A stretch of DNA of 64,000 bases from Candidatus Poribacteria bacterium. Its GTDB lineage: Bacteria; Poribacteria; WGA-4E; PCPOR2b. The notes beneath the pieces are model-generated. The model saw only the letters and a list, made by a program, of their open reading frames with translations, did no database searches and was not told the origin of the DNA. The stretch is from NCBI GenBank assembly GCA_965208675.1, contig OZ242351.1, positions 1,728,001-1,792,000 on the forward strand, in the 5' to 3' direction. The position numbers and the translations under genes were made by a program. Of this stretch, positions 30,301 to 39,920 are shown piece by piece (the first letter of the stretch is position 1; each line of letters opens with the position of its first letter).

Positions 30301-31875
30301 TCCGACATCTCACCACTCGCAGGATTAAACAACCTGACAAGCCTGTGGCTTCAGAGTAACTCAATATCCGATATCTCGCCTCTGGCAAACTTAACCAACC
30401 TGACAGATCTGAATCTTCCGGGGAACGTCATATCCGACATCTCACTTCTGGAAGGATTAAACAATCTGAGAAGGCTGACGCTTCAGAACAACTCTATATC
30501 CGACATCTCACCCCTGATCGCAAATGCCGGATTGGGAAGTGGAGATACGGTTAACTTATCTGAAAATCCCCTCAACTTCATATCCATTAACACCCACATC
30601 CCAACCCTCCGAAGTAAAGGGGTTGAGGTACGCGCTGATAACCTAAAGCCTACGACGTCAGAATTCACCCTGTCAATCCCGGCGGGTGTGCATGCAATTC
30701 ATATCCCGTTGGTTGTTAACCGGATTAACGGCGTGGACGGTACAATAGAGACAGTCGGAGATGTCTACGATGCGCTCGGCGATGCGGTGCGTTACATTAT
30801 CACGCTCGGCGCTGATGGCAACTGGATTGCCTATCTCGGCGACGAGAGCGAGGGCAGCATGGCGGACGCACCAATCCAAGACGACACGGGGCTAATAGCG
30901 GTGATGAAGGAACCTAAGACGCTTGAACTCATGGGCGATGCGTTAGGTACCGCCGGAACCTCCCAGATTAACCTGCTCTCTGGAAACAACCTCGTCGGTG
31001 TACCGCTCGATCCAACCACAGAACCCGATATGATTAGCGATCTGCTAGATGAAGGCGTTGCTGCAGTCGCGGTCTCCAATGCCGCAGGCGATGGATTCCA
31101 CACGATTGCCGCAGCCGGCGACACGGGCGACGGCCCTGTGATGGGCGGCGTCGGTTATATCGTCGTCGCTACCGGAGAATCTAGCATCTTTATAGAAGGG
31201 ACAGCTTGGGAGAACGCTGGTGCCGCGATGGCAGCGCCTGCAGTGGCGTTCAGCGGTACGCAGACACCGGTTCTCCATGTTCACGGCGGCGTTATGGACG
31301 AATTCGGCATGTTGGCACAAGTTCCCGAACTTAGTGTCACCGTGAAGAATCTGTCCACGGGCGCTTCGCTCGATACGGTTCTCGGATCAGAAGCATCCTA
31401 CAGCGCGACGTTTGTTGAGTTCGGACGCCATGCCGCGAAGGCGGGCGATGTGCTGGAAATCACGGCGCAATCGCGGAACCCGTTCGTCGGTGTACGTCCG
31501 GCACCGCAGATAGTCGTTAGCGCGGACGAGGTGTTGGCGAGCCGAATCAGTCTGCCCGACTTGGAACTCTATGAGATTCCGTCGGAGACCGAGCTGTTGG
31601 CTAACTTCCCGAATCCGTTCAACCCTGAAACGTGGATTCCGTACCGGTTAGCGAAAGCTGCAAAAGTGTCATTGGAAATCTATGACACCAACGGCAGCTT
31701 GGTACGATCCATTGATGCCGGCTTCAAACCAGCGGCTGTGTACGAATCTCGTGCATCGGCGATATACTGGGACGGCCGCAACAACTACGGTGAGCGCGTT
31801 GCCAGTGGCACGTACTTCTATCTCTTGGTTACAGGCACCTATTCCGCTACGCGGAAGATGGTTATCGTGAAATAG
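27331..31875 (+). CDS. Internalin-like leucine-rich repeat protein with C-terminal FlgD-Ig/T9SS-like domain
   Basis: Signal peptide; four capped LRR blocks (IPD.NLRA.I...LGK ... NPLN..SIN.HIP.L) of 22-aa repeats; NFPNPFNPETWIPY C-terminal domain. Confidence 0.95.
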   Translation: MPKRRFCFTFFVLICFSLPFTVTAQTVNIPDDNLRAIIENALGKAPGDTITAAEMEIFTIANLPNANIRDLTGLEYAINLTNLNLGPVREGESVRQSNILSDISPIAGLTNLEELNLEFTFLSDISALQGLNNLTKLYLGGNVISDISPLAGLNKLMYLGLENTFLSDISPLQGLNNLQFLALHENSISDISPLTGLNNLTWLFLSGNSITDISPLLENTGLGRADIVDVTDNPLNAASINDHIPALQSRGVNVLFDAVVAEPVVIPDANLRAAIENVLGKTSGAAITTVDMGTLTELRAPNANITALTGLEAATNLRTLDLGSERVDGRWMNSNSISDISPLVHLTNLKYLYLDRNSVSDILPLAQLSNLEELILRGNSISDISPLANLTNLAWLVLTDNSISDISPLANLTSLEYLSLGTNSISDISPLAELNNLTRLSLEINSISDISPLENLTSLEYLSLWYNSISDISAVAGLNNLTYLSLEINSISNISPLANLTSLENLGLTGNSISNISPLAGLNNLTRLSLEINSISDISGLAGLNNLTQLVLHDNSISDISPLVANTGLGSGDTVDVRENPLNDASINDHIPTLQSRGVDVLFDAVVAEPVVFPDDNLRAAIADALGKTSGDAITTMDMEALTELDASYADVTDLTGLEAATNLTQLFLGFNALSDISPVAGLTNLTELSLDLNAISDISPLAGLTNLTFLDLSSNPISDISPLEGLTNLTDLVLSDTLIADISPVAGLTNLTDLDLWGSAVSVLSPLAANMGLGEGDWVDVTGNPLNQESINTHIPALRSRGVTVESDAVITEPVAITDDNLRAKIEEALGKASGDTITTADMANLTVLHDAENANITDLTGLEAAINLRGLEIWGNSISDISPLANLTNLTHLWLGRNSISNISPLANLTSLEFLSLGINSISDISPLANLTSLETLSLGVNAISDISPLANLTSLTDLGLYGNAISDISPLAGLNNLTDLNLGGHSISDISPLAGLNNLTSLWLQSNSISDISPLANLTNLTDLNLPGNVISDISLLEGLNNLRRLTLQNNSISDISPLIANAGLGSGDTVNLSENPLNFISINTHIPTLRSKGVEVRADNLKPTTSEFTLSIPAGVHAIHIPLVVNRINGVDGTIETVGDVYDALGDAVRYIITLGADGNWIAYLGDESEGSMADAPIQDDTGLIAVMKEPKTLELMGDALGTAGTSQINLLSGNNLVGVPLDPTTEPDMISDLLDEGVAAVAVSNAAGDGFHTIAAAGDTGDGPVMGGVGYIVVATGESSIFIEGTAWENAGAAMAAPAVAFSGTQTPVLHVHGGVMDEFGMLAQVPELSVTVKNLSTGASLDTVLGSEASYSATFVEFGRHAAKAGDVLEITAQSRNPFVGVRPAPQIVVSADEVLASRISLPDLELYEIPSETELLANFPNPFNPETWIPYRLAKAAKVSLEIYDTNGSLVRSIDAGFKPAAVYESRASAIYWDGRNNYGERVASGTYFYLLVTGTYSATRKMVIVK

Positions 31876-32441
31876 TGTCCATGTTCATTTCTGAGGTTTT
31901 TGTCAATTCATTGTGGGCGATATGGAATGATATTGGTGAGACAGATTTACATTTTTTAGTCAAGGAGTTGACTTGGGCAGTACTGAAAGAGCAGTAACAG
32001 TGACTCGGCAAGAATTCAACAGCACTGTCAAAAAACGAGAAAAGATTTGAGTGGAGATTGCATGGCGCAAGGTAAATCCTCGCAACGTGCGTTATTCAAG
32101 AATGGGCATGGTTGCCTATGGCGTTGCAGCGGATACACTTGGAGATGGAGGGAAGGAAACCCAAGCGCATTTATCGTCGACTTTACCGTGTCACTCCGTT
32201 GCATAGAAGCAAACAGCGCACAGACAGGTGGCATAGGCGAGGATACGCTACTACAAGAAGGATATTACAGTTTCCTTGGTAGATAGCGAATGTATATCAC
32301 ATGGAAAAGTCAAGGCCTAAAAAGGAGAGAGCCATAACAAATCCCCGAGACTAATGATCTTTGTGAAGTAGGGCCGTGGTAGATGCAAGCCGATAGTTCG
32401 TCGTCAAACCAAACAACCTATCAAGGGCAAATTCAAAAGCA

Positions 32442-34772
32442 ATGAACGATCAAAGAAAGGGGTTTTCGATGAAAGCAACCGTAGTTTTACTTATTCTTTT
32501 TATAATGGTTCTTTCCAACAGTTTTGCTCAAATTCATACACAAGTCAGTTTGCCGGAAGGGGCAAAAGCGCGCCTCGGTAAAGGGACGATGTCTAGTAAT
32601 ATCGCATATTCTCCCGCCGGCCCGCATCTAGCGGTGGCGACCAATATTGGTATTTGGCTCTACGATACCGCGCGCCATCAAGAGGTTGCTCTACTGACCG
32701 GGCATACGTCTTTGGTTTCTGCTTTGTCGTTTAGCCCCGACGGTCAGACGCTTGCAAGTGGGAGCGAGGACGGTACGGTTCGTCTGTGGATCGTTGCGAC
32801 AGGCACAGTCAAAGCAACGCTGGCTGGGCACACGGATTCGGTCTATAATGTATCGTTTAATCCCGACGGTCAGACGCTTGCAAGTGCGAGTGAAGACGAA
32901 ACGGTTCGTCTATGGGACGTTGCGACAGGCACAGTCAAATCAACGTTCACCGGTACGCATTTGGTCTCTAGTGTACCGTTTAGCCCTGACGGTCAGACGC
33001 TTGCAAGTGCGAGTGGGACGGACATCCACCTGTGGGACGTTGCGGCAGGCATGGTCAAAGCCACGCTGACCGGGCATACGGAGGTGGTTTTTGTTGTAGC
33101 ATTTAGTCCCGATGGTCAGACGCTTGCAAGTGCGAGTGAGGACGAAACGGTTCGTCTATGGGACGTTACGGCGGGCGCGGTCAGATCGACGCTGACCGGG
33201 CATACGGAGGCGGTTTTTGTTGTAGCATTTAGTCCCGACGGTCAGACGCTTGCAAGTGCGAGTGGGGACGAAACGGTTCGTCTATGGGACGTTACGGCGG
33301 GCGCGGTCAGATCGACGCTGACCGGTACGTCTATAGTCTCTGGTGTATCGTTTAGCCCGGACGGTCAGACGCTTGCAAGTGGAAGTTGGGACGGTACGGT
33401 ACGTCTGTGGAACGTTACGGCGGGCGTGCTCAAAGCGACACTGACTGGGCATACGTCTTGGGTCCTTAGTGTATCGTTTAGTCCCGACGGTCTGACGCTT
33501 GCAAGCGGGAGCCCAGGGGTTTTGGGGGATAATACGATTCGTCTGTGGGACGTTGCGACAGGCACGGTAAAAGCGACGCTGACCGGTACGTCTATAGTCT
33601 CTGGTGTATCGTTTAGCCCGGACGGTCTGACGCTTGCAAGCAGGGGTTGGACGGACATCCACCTGTGGGATATTGCGACGGGCGTGCTCAAAGCAACGCT
33701 GACCGGTACGTCTTTGGTCACTGGTGTATCGTTTAGCCCGGACGGTCTGACGCTTGCTAGTGGAAGTGGAGCGGACATCCACCTGTGGGACGTGGCGACG
33801 GGCACGGTCAAAACGACTATGACCGGGCATGCGGAGCTGGTTACTGGTGTAACATTTAGTCCCGACGGTCAGACAGTGGCGAGTGGAAGTATGGACGAAA
33901 CAGTTCGTCTATGGGACGTGGCGACGGGCACGGTCAAGGCGACACTGACCGGGCATTCGTTTTGGGGTGCTAGTGTGGCATTTAGCCCCGACGGTCAGAC
34001 GCTTGCGAGTGCAAGTGGGGAGGAAATCCGCCTGTGGGACGTTGCGGCGGGCGCGGTCAAAGCGGCGCTCACCGGTACGTTTGTCATCTCTAGTGTATCG
34101 TTTAGCCCGGACGGTCAGACGCTTGCAAGTGGAAGTGGCACGGACATCCACCTGTGGGACGTTGCAACAGGTGAGGTTAAAACGACGCTGACCGAGCCTA
34201 CGCTTTGGGGTTCTAGTGTGTCCTTTAGCCCCGACGGTCAGACGCTTGCGGGTGGGAGTAATGACGGTACGGTTCATCTATGGGACGTTGCGGCGGGCGT
34301 GGTGAAAGCGAGCCTGACCGGGCACACGGATTCAGTCTCTAGTGTAGCGTTTAGCCCCGACGGTCAGACGCTTGCGAGCGGGAGTGCGGACGGCACCGTG
34401 TTGCTGTGGAAACTTTACGATTCAACCGTCGTTGGGGTAGAACCGTTGGGAAATCATCTAACCACCCTGGCAAACATCAAACGGACGGCGTTGTTGCAAA
34501 ATTATCCAAATCCTTTCAACCCCGAAACCTGGATTCCGTACCGGTTAGCGAAAGCTGCGAAAGTGTCGTTGGAAATCTATGATACCAACGGCAGCTTGGT
34601 ACGCTCCATTGATGTCGGCTTCAAACCAGCCGCTGTGTACGAATCGCGTGCATCGGCGATTTACTGGGATGGCCGCAACAACTACGGTGAACGCGTTGCC
34701 AGTGGCACGTATTTCTATCACTTTTTCACAGGCACCTATTCTGCCGCGCGCAAGATGCTCATCTTGAAATAG
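32442..34772 (+). CDS. WD40 repeat protein with C-terminal FlgD-Ig/T9SS-like domain
   Basis: Signal peptide, LPEGAKARLGKG cap, about 14 FSPDG.TLAS...LWD repeats, and NYPNPFNPETWIPY C-terminal domain. Confidence 0.95.
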   Translation: MNDQRKGFSMKATVVLLILFIMVLSNSFAQIHTQVSLPEGAKARLGKGTMSSNIAYSPAGPHLAVATNIGIWLYDTARHQEVALLTGHTSLVSALSFSPDGQTLASGSEDGTVRLWIVATGTVKATLAGHTDSVYNVSFNPDGQTLASASEDETVRLWDVATGTVKSTFTGTHLVSSVPFSPDGQTLASASGTDIHLWDVAAGMVKATLTGHTEVVFVVAFSPDGQTLASASEDETVRLWDVTAGAVRSTLTGHTEAVFVVAFSPDGQTLASASGDETVRLWDVTAGAVRSTLTGTSIVSGVSFSPDGQTLASGSWDGTVRLWNVTAGVLKATLTGHTSWVLSVSFSPDGLTLASGSPGVLGDNTIRLWDVATGTVKATLTGTSIVSGVSFSPDGLTLASRGWTDIHLWDIATGVLKATLTGTSLVTGVSFSPDGLTLASGSGADIHLWDVATGTVKTTMTGHAELVTGVTFSPDGQTVASGSMDETVRLWDVATGTVKATLTGHSFWGASVAFSPDGQTLASASGEEIRLWDVAAGAVKAALTGTFVISSVSFSPDGQTLASGSGTDIHLWDVATGEVKTTLTEPTLWGSSVSFSPDGQTLAGGSNDGTVHLWDVAAGVVKASLTGHTDSVSSVAFSPDGQTLASGSADGTVLLWKLYDSTVVGVEPLGNHLTTLANIKRTALLQNYPNPFNPETWIPYRLAKAAKVSLEIYDTNGSLVRSIDVGFKPAAVYESRASAIYWDGRNNYGERVASGTYFYHFFTGTYSAARKMLILK

Positions 34773-34817
34773 AATCTAATGGACATACGTAGGTTGCAAT
34801 GCTGATGAATAGCTTTT

Positions 34818-35097
34818 GTAGGTTGGGTTAAGCGGGTTCCCCCAAATACATTGGTATTGAATATTTACCGTCCAATCACCGATTAAACTCAATAACAACA
34901 TGCGCGTAGCGAACCCAACGCTTTTAAATCTCTGCACACCCCACGGCAAGTCACGCCAACACAAACGCCATAACCGCTCGTGAAACAGCGTTTTGCTCGT
35001 CCTAAATTCACCTAAATGGTCAGTCCAGTTTTTTGGGGGTGATTTCCCTAAATCATAGCCCATCACTCAATCATACAAATCACAGGTCAGACATTTC
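34818..35097 (+). repeat. Composite repeat: 102-bp GTAG REP-like element + linker + 43-bp AATC...TCAGACA repeat
   Basis: GTAGGTTGGGTTAAGCGG...AACCCAAC (34818-34919). The whole block is homologous to 39643-39920. Confidence 0.8.
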
Positions 35098-35423
35098 CTG
35101 CAGGTTGAAATCAACTGACCAAATAAGATGCATCTGCGCGAATAACGGAGAGCATATTAACATCGGCGCGATAACTTTGGCTGTTTTTCCTCACGGTGAG
35201 CAATATTTTTCGGCTCCTTCGATCTTCATTCCCCTCCTTACCAAGGAGGGGTTAGGGGAGGTCAAAATCTGCATTTCTCCGCCAACCCAACCCACACGTG
35301 CTTTACCTAACACTTGACTTTCATACGCCAATTCAGGCATATTAGCAACGATTTCAGGGTTTTCAAACCTGACCAAATTGCCACAGTTTTCCACCTAAAT
35401 TCTCATGCATTGCCGTCTAAAAG

Positions 35424-36017
35424 ATGGAGGTAAGTTCAAAAGTGATGAACCACACGGTTGACGCAAAATTCGCGCTATGCGCGCTCGTCTTTCCATGTGT
35501 AGGTCTCTTTCTAATGCTATCCGCAATAACGGGTTGCGGGCACACGCACCCGATAGCCGAACACGAGCATCCTCACGAGCACGACCATCACCACACCCAT
35601 CAGCACGACCACACACATGAGCCTTTAGCAGATGCGTTACATGGCGAATTGACGGGAACATATCGGCTTGAAAGCGTCGTACGGGAGTGGGCGACTCGTA
35701 AAGTACGAGGCGAACTAAAGATTACACCGGACTATAAATTCGTAAATTCCGCCGAAGCAGAATATAATCCGTCCGGTGACCCCGATTGGTGGGATTGGGG
35801 ACCTCTGTTACCGTGGGCACCCGGTACTTTCTACTATCGTATTGAACCCGACAGATCTGCATTTGTTTTGTATCGTACCGCAGGACATCGCTTTTATAAC
35901 CAAGCCGCCTATGCGTTGGAATACAAATGGGACGGTAAGGTTTTGACGCTTACACATTTTGACCTAATAGGAGATTACTCATCCGACAAGGTCACAATGA
36001 AGTGGCGCAAGTTATAG
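35424..36017 (+). CDS. Putative lipoprotein with His-rich N-terminal tract
   Basis: Lipobox-like AITGC followed by HTHPIAEHEHPHEHDHHHTHQHDHTHE. The true start may be 35442 or 35445. Confidence 0.8.
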   Translation: MEVSSKVMNHTVDAKFALCALVFPCVGLFLMLSAITGCGHTHPIAEHEHPHEHDHHHTHQHDHTHEPLADALHGELTGTYRLESVVREWATRKVRGELKITPDYKFVNSAEAEYNPSGDPDWWDWGPLLPWAPGTFYYRIEPDRSAFVLYRTAGHRFYNQAAYALEYKWDGKVLTLTHFDLIGDYSSDKVTMKWRKL

Positions 36018-36031
36018 TTCTTGTAGGTTGG

Positions 36032-36124
36032 AATCAACTGAGTGAATAACCAGAGATCAAGCGACCGAATAGGGAGCGCGATAGTTTTCCCTAGGATCAA
36101 CCGAGTAAATAACGATGGCGATAG
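36032..36124 (+). repeat. 23-bp GATCAA units (x2 + GCGATAG, then x1 + GCGATAG)
   Basis: Units at 36032, 36055 and 36095, preceded by a truncated REP arm GTAGGTTGG. Confidence 0.85.
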
Positions 36125-36353
36125 ATTTCAAGCAAAGGAGATAGACTTGGTTCCTGAAGGTAGTGCCTAGCAACGACACCTATAATTACCCCCGGGAATC
36201 TAGAATTCAACTCCGGTAGGAGCAATCTCCGAATCTCGACATATATTTGACCGATAACTTAACCCCACCCAAAAACGCTCCCTCTCTTCACTCAAAACTC
36301 TCCACTGCTTTACCCATGAGATTTTTTCACCTACACAGCTTTTAAATCTACGG

Positions 36354-36395
36354 TTGACATAAAACCAATTATCCCATATTATATTAAGTGAATAT
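36354..36395 (+). promoter_or_regulatory. sigma70 promoter TTGACA-17-TATTAT + ATTAAGTrAATAT
   Basis: The same arrangement precedes the paralog at 43381. Confidence 0.65.
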
Positions 36396-36522
36396 ACGTA
36401 TAGATTTCCGATTGTAGGTTGCGCTGTGAAAAGCTAAATCTGCCTATAATAGCTGCGGCCGGTTTTTCTGACCACTGGCGGCTATCCACTGGCTACTGCT
36501 TCTAAACATAGGAGAAATTTCA

Positions 36523-37161
36523 ATGAACACGAAACAAAAACTCGCATACATCGTCTTGGGCGGCGTACTCGTCGCCACCGGCATGGTTATTTCGCCTCTC
36601 AACGCGCAGAAAGATAAATTCGGGGACATTGAGTGTTCCAGTCTGACAATCGTTGACGGCGGTCAAGTCGCTGTCACCGGAAAGGACGGGAAAAAGAAAG
36701 CGTTTCTCGCCATCGGCGATCATGGCGGAGGTGTCTGGGTCACTGGCAGAGATGGGAAAGTGAAGGCGGCCTTAGGTGTCACGGAACAAAGTGGGGTTGT
36801 TGATGTGCGTGGATATGAGAACTCGCGGACAGCACTCTATGTCAATCTCTTTGGTGGATGTGTCGATGTCGCCGGCAACGATGGTGAAGTTAAGGCGTTT
36901 CTAGGTGCCACGGGAACAGGCGGGATTGTCAATGTGCAGGGCTCTGAGAAATCGGGCGCGACGCTCAGTGCCCTGTATGGACCGGGCGGCCATGTCGCTG
37001 TTATAGGCAAAGACGGTAAATCGTACGCGTCGCTGTCTGTCGATGAAAACGGAGGGCATGTCGAAGTAATTGGACATGGGAAAGGCGCCGCGGAAATTGG
37101 CATCAATGAAAACGGCAACGGCACGGTGTCGACTTGGGACAATTACGGTAATCAGCAATAG
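36523..37161 (+). CDS. Exported Gly-rich beta-repeat hypothetical protein (AQ.DKFG.IEC..L.IVD family)
   Basis: Signal peptide, repeated GG.V.V.G.DGK units, RBS AGGAG. Confidence 0.85.
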   Translation: MNTKQKLAYIVLGGVLVATGMVISPLNAQKDKFGDIECSSLTIVDGGQVAVTGKDGKKKAFLAIGDHGGGVWVTGRDGKVKAALGVTEQSGVVDVRGYENSRTALYVNLFGGCVDVAGNDGEVKAFLGATGTGGIVNVQGSEKSGATLSALYGPGGHVAVIGKDGKSYASLSVDENGGHVEVIGHGKGAAEIGINENGNGTVSTWDNYGNQQ

Positions 37162-37229
37162 AAATAGCGGCCGTGCGCAAATCGGAGTGAACGGAATTCG
37201 AGCGAAATCCAACAATAGTCAAAGCACAC

Positions 37230-37487
37230 GTCGCTTGGATTACGCCGCGTTGGTCGCGTTGACCGGTGTTGTAAAAACATGCACTCCCAAATTCTGACAG
37301 CACATTTTTGGACTTTGGCGTAACCCAACTTTATCTGTAAATGGCGAATTGTTTAGTTCGCCGGCCGCCTTTGGGAGATACCAAAAACGTTGGGTTACGT
37401 TCCATCCATTAAAACTCGGACGTGGCAAACCTCGGAGCGTTTCGTTAACATTTACACCATTCGTGCAATCCGCTTAACCGAACCTAC
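37230..37487. repeat. Inverted pair of ~100-bp REP-like elements (REPIN-like)
   Basis: Degenerate forward copy 37230-37329, 59-bp gap, reverse copy 37389-37487. Confidence 0.65.
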
Positions 37488-37554
37488 AAAAGCGGCAGCG
37501 GTATGTTTCTGACACAGCTGTGAATCCGATAAAACAGAAAGGAACAATAAGTCC

Positions 37555-37934
37555 ATGTTCACAAAGGCATCCGCAGACATTACATTTTCGGATATTGAGG
37601 ATTTTTGCCGTGAGTACGGCGAGGGCGTTAGAGTCGAATACAAGCGAGAAATCAACAAAGATATCCCCAAAATCGTCTCCTCCTTCGCAAACACATTAGG
37701 CGGGATTTTTATTATCGGCGCAGAAACCGATGCGATGAATAAAGTCGTCCTTCCCATTAAGGGTATACCTAAGAGAACCGGGATTGAGGAGCAAATCCAG
37801 CAGAGTGCACTCACCGGCATTTATCCCGCGGTCGTCCCAGAAATATTAATTTGTGCTGTTCCGAACACTGGAGCAGTTGTTGTCATTATTCGTGTTGACG
37901 AGAGCGTACAAGCCCCACACGCAATTCAGAATTC
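37555..37934 (+). pseudogene. AlbA_2/Schlafen-like DNA-binding domain protein truncated by IS3
   Basis: Motifs EG.RVEYK, SSFANTLGG.FIIG and V.ES..APH. The frame runs into the IS left end. Confidence 0.8.
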
Positions 37935-38054
37935 TGTAATTACCCCCAAAACCTAGACAGTTGCATAAGAGATCTTTTCGACTAGAAAAATGGTCATCAT
38001 CTGAGCGAAAATAGGACTCGGAAACGCCAAGAAAAAGAAAGGAGTTTCTCCACG

Positions 38055-38342
38055 ATGTCCCGTAGAATACAGCGTGATGGCCGATTCAAAGCGCAAGTGG
38101 CTCTTGAAGCTATCAAGAATCAGCAGACTATCAGTCAGATTGCCAGTGAATACGGTGTCAATCCGGCTCAAGTCAGCCAATGGAAAAAACAGGTGCTTGA
38201 GGAATTACCTCAACTCTTTGCGAAGGGACGTTCAAAAACGGCGTCCGACCACGACAAGCTAGTGTCTGAACTGTATCGCCAGATTGGTCAGTTGAAGGTA
38301 GAACTGGACTGGCTTCAAAAAAAAACGTCGCGCTTCCGTTGA
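38055..38342 (+). CDS. IS3 transposase OrfA (HTH)
   Basis: Motifs FKAQVALEA, VSQWKKQ and LYRQIGQLKVELDWL.KK. Confidence 0.93.
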   Translation: MSRRIQRDGRFKAQVALEAIKNQQTISQIASEYGVNPAQVSQWKKQVLEELPQLFAKGRSKTASDHDKLVSELYRQIGQLKVELDWLQKKTSRFR

Positions 38343-39153
38343 ACAGAAGCGGCAGCTTGTTGAACCGGAGTGCCGTTCAGTGTCGATTGCAAGACAGTGT
38401 GAGCTCTTAGGCTTGTCTCGAGCATCGTTCTATTACACTCCTGTAGGGGAGTCACCACAAAATCTGCTGTACATGCGTCTGTTAGATGAACAGTACACCA
38501 AGAGGCCGTGGTGTGGGGTGCCTAAGTTAACGAAATGGCTTCGTCGTCAAGGATATGTTGTCAATCCGAAACGGGTAGCACGGTTAATGCGGAAGATGGG
38601 ATTAGTTGCCATCTATCCCAAGATCTCCAGAATGGGCAAACCGTCGAAAGTGTACCCCTATCTGTTGAAAGGATTAAGCATCACCAGACCGAACCACGTC
38701 TGGGCAACTGACATCACCTATATTCGTTTAAGCCATGGCTTCGTTTATCTGGTAGCCATTATGGATTGGTTTTCCCGTTATGTGTTGTCATGGGAACTGT
38801 CAAACTCCCTCGACGTGTTCTTTTGCCTATCGGCTCTGGAACGGGCGCTTGGTAAAGCGAGTCCATTAATATTCAACAACGACCAAGGAAGTCAATTTAC
38901 TTCGGAGGCGTTTACTGCTAGACTTGAAGCCTCTGGCATAGCCATTAGTTGGAACGGTAGAGGCCGCTACTTTGACAACATCTTCGTTGAACGACTTTGG
39001 CGCAGTGTTAAGTATGAGGAGGTTTACCTCAACGACTATGATTCAATGAACACGGCTCGGCGCCGCTTGAGAGATTATTTCAACTTTTACAACCGAGAGC
39101 GACTTCATCAATCGCTCGATTACTGTACACCTTACGAGGTGTATTTTCACTAA
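38339..39153 (+). CDS. IS3 transposase OrfB (DDE integrase core), expressed by -1 frameshift
   Basis: Motifs W.TDITY, DQGSQFTS and DNIFVERLWRSVKYE. Confidence 0.93.
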
Positions 39154-39240
39154 CTTCAGGCGTTTAAGTTTGACCAGAATTAGTCGGACTTTATTACTTA
39201 AATCTCGTTAGTTTCTGTCTAAAGGATGGGGGTAAGTTAA

Positions 39241-39582
39241 ATCCTGAGACAAATAACGGTGGTAAAAGAAGCTGAAGATCGCCGTATAGTACGTTTTGAG
39301 AGTGGAACTAAAATTACTCAGCTCGTTCCGGCTGTTCATGATGCTTTGGTACTTATAGAAAAAAAGATGGCTGAAATAGAATCTGAAGCGAATAGTATTG
39401 CTGACCAAAGGCACCAGAGAGGCATGGAAACCAAATTTGAGTCAAAGAAGAAGGCTCTTGGAGAAGATGTATCAGATTTGTTTGAACAACTTGAACTTCT
39501 CTGTGAGGTTATTTGTCCTGCTGGAGAATTGTTAAAGCGGCATAAAAATCAATTAGAACATAGATTTTCTTCCTATATGTGA
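39241..39582 (+). pseudogene. 3' fragment of a helical hypothetical protein cut by the IS right end
   Basis: Frame is open from the IS boundary; no RBS; not recognisably AlbA-like. Confidence 0.5.
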
Positions 39583-39642
39583 TATGACTTACGACATGGT
39601 GCGGCGGTCCTTGTTCTGACCAAACACCCTAAATCAAGACTC

Positions 39643-39920
39643 TTAGGCCGCGTTGAGCGGGACCAATTGAGCGAATAGCGAAGAATCAAGCGAACGACTA
39701 GTGCATGCGATAGTTTTCACCAGTCTATTCTTGCCTTCTCCGTAAACCAACGCTTTCAAATCTCTGGACAACCCCAAGGCAAATCACGCCAAAACGGCGC
39801 GTGAAAGCGCGTTTGCCCGCCCAACTTCCACCTTACTTAACGCACTGTCACGTCTTTCGGCGTCGTTTCACTTAATCATAGCCCATCATTTAATAATACA
39901 AATCACAGTTCAGACAGTCC
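39643..39920 (+). repeat. Composite repeat homologous to 34818-35097, with two 23-bp units + GCGATAG (39661-39713) inside the REP arms
   Basis: Degenerate arms TTAGGCCGCGTTGAGCGG and CGTAAACCAAC, shared linker, and AATCATAGCCC...TCAGACA end. Confidence 0.8.

Larger units (their letters stand above)
37935..39240 (+). mobile_element. IS3 family insertion sequence
   Basis: Imperfect IRs TGTAATTACCCCC..TAGACAG / CTGTCTA..GGGGGTAAGTTAA; orfA/orfB with an A9 slippery site at 38317-38325. No target duplication is evident; ends are uncertain by 1-2 bp. Confidence 0.92.

Noticed and set aside
31876-32441. Possible IS-end remnant or small ORFs between the LRR and WD40 genes
   Set aside because: No inverted-repeat partner or transposase fragment could be supported.
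36362-36389. dif/pdif site (TTATATTAAGT resembles the XerD arm; also at 43277)
   Set aside because: There is no XerC arm ending ATAA at 6-bp spacing. The motif is explained as a -10 box region.
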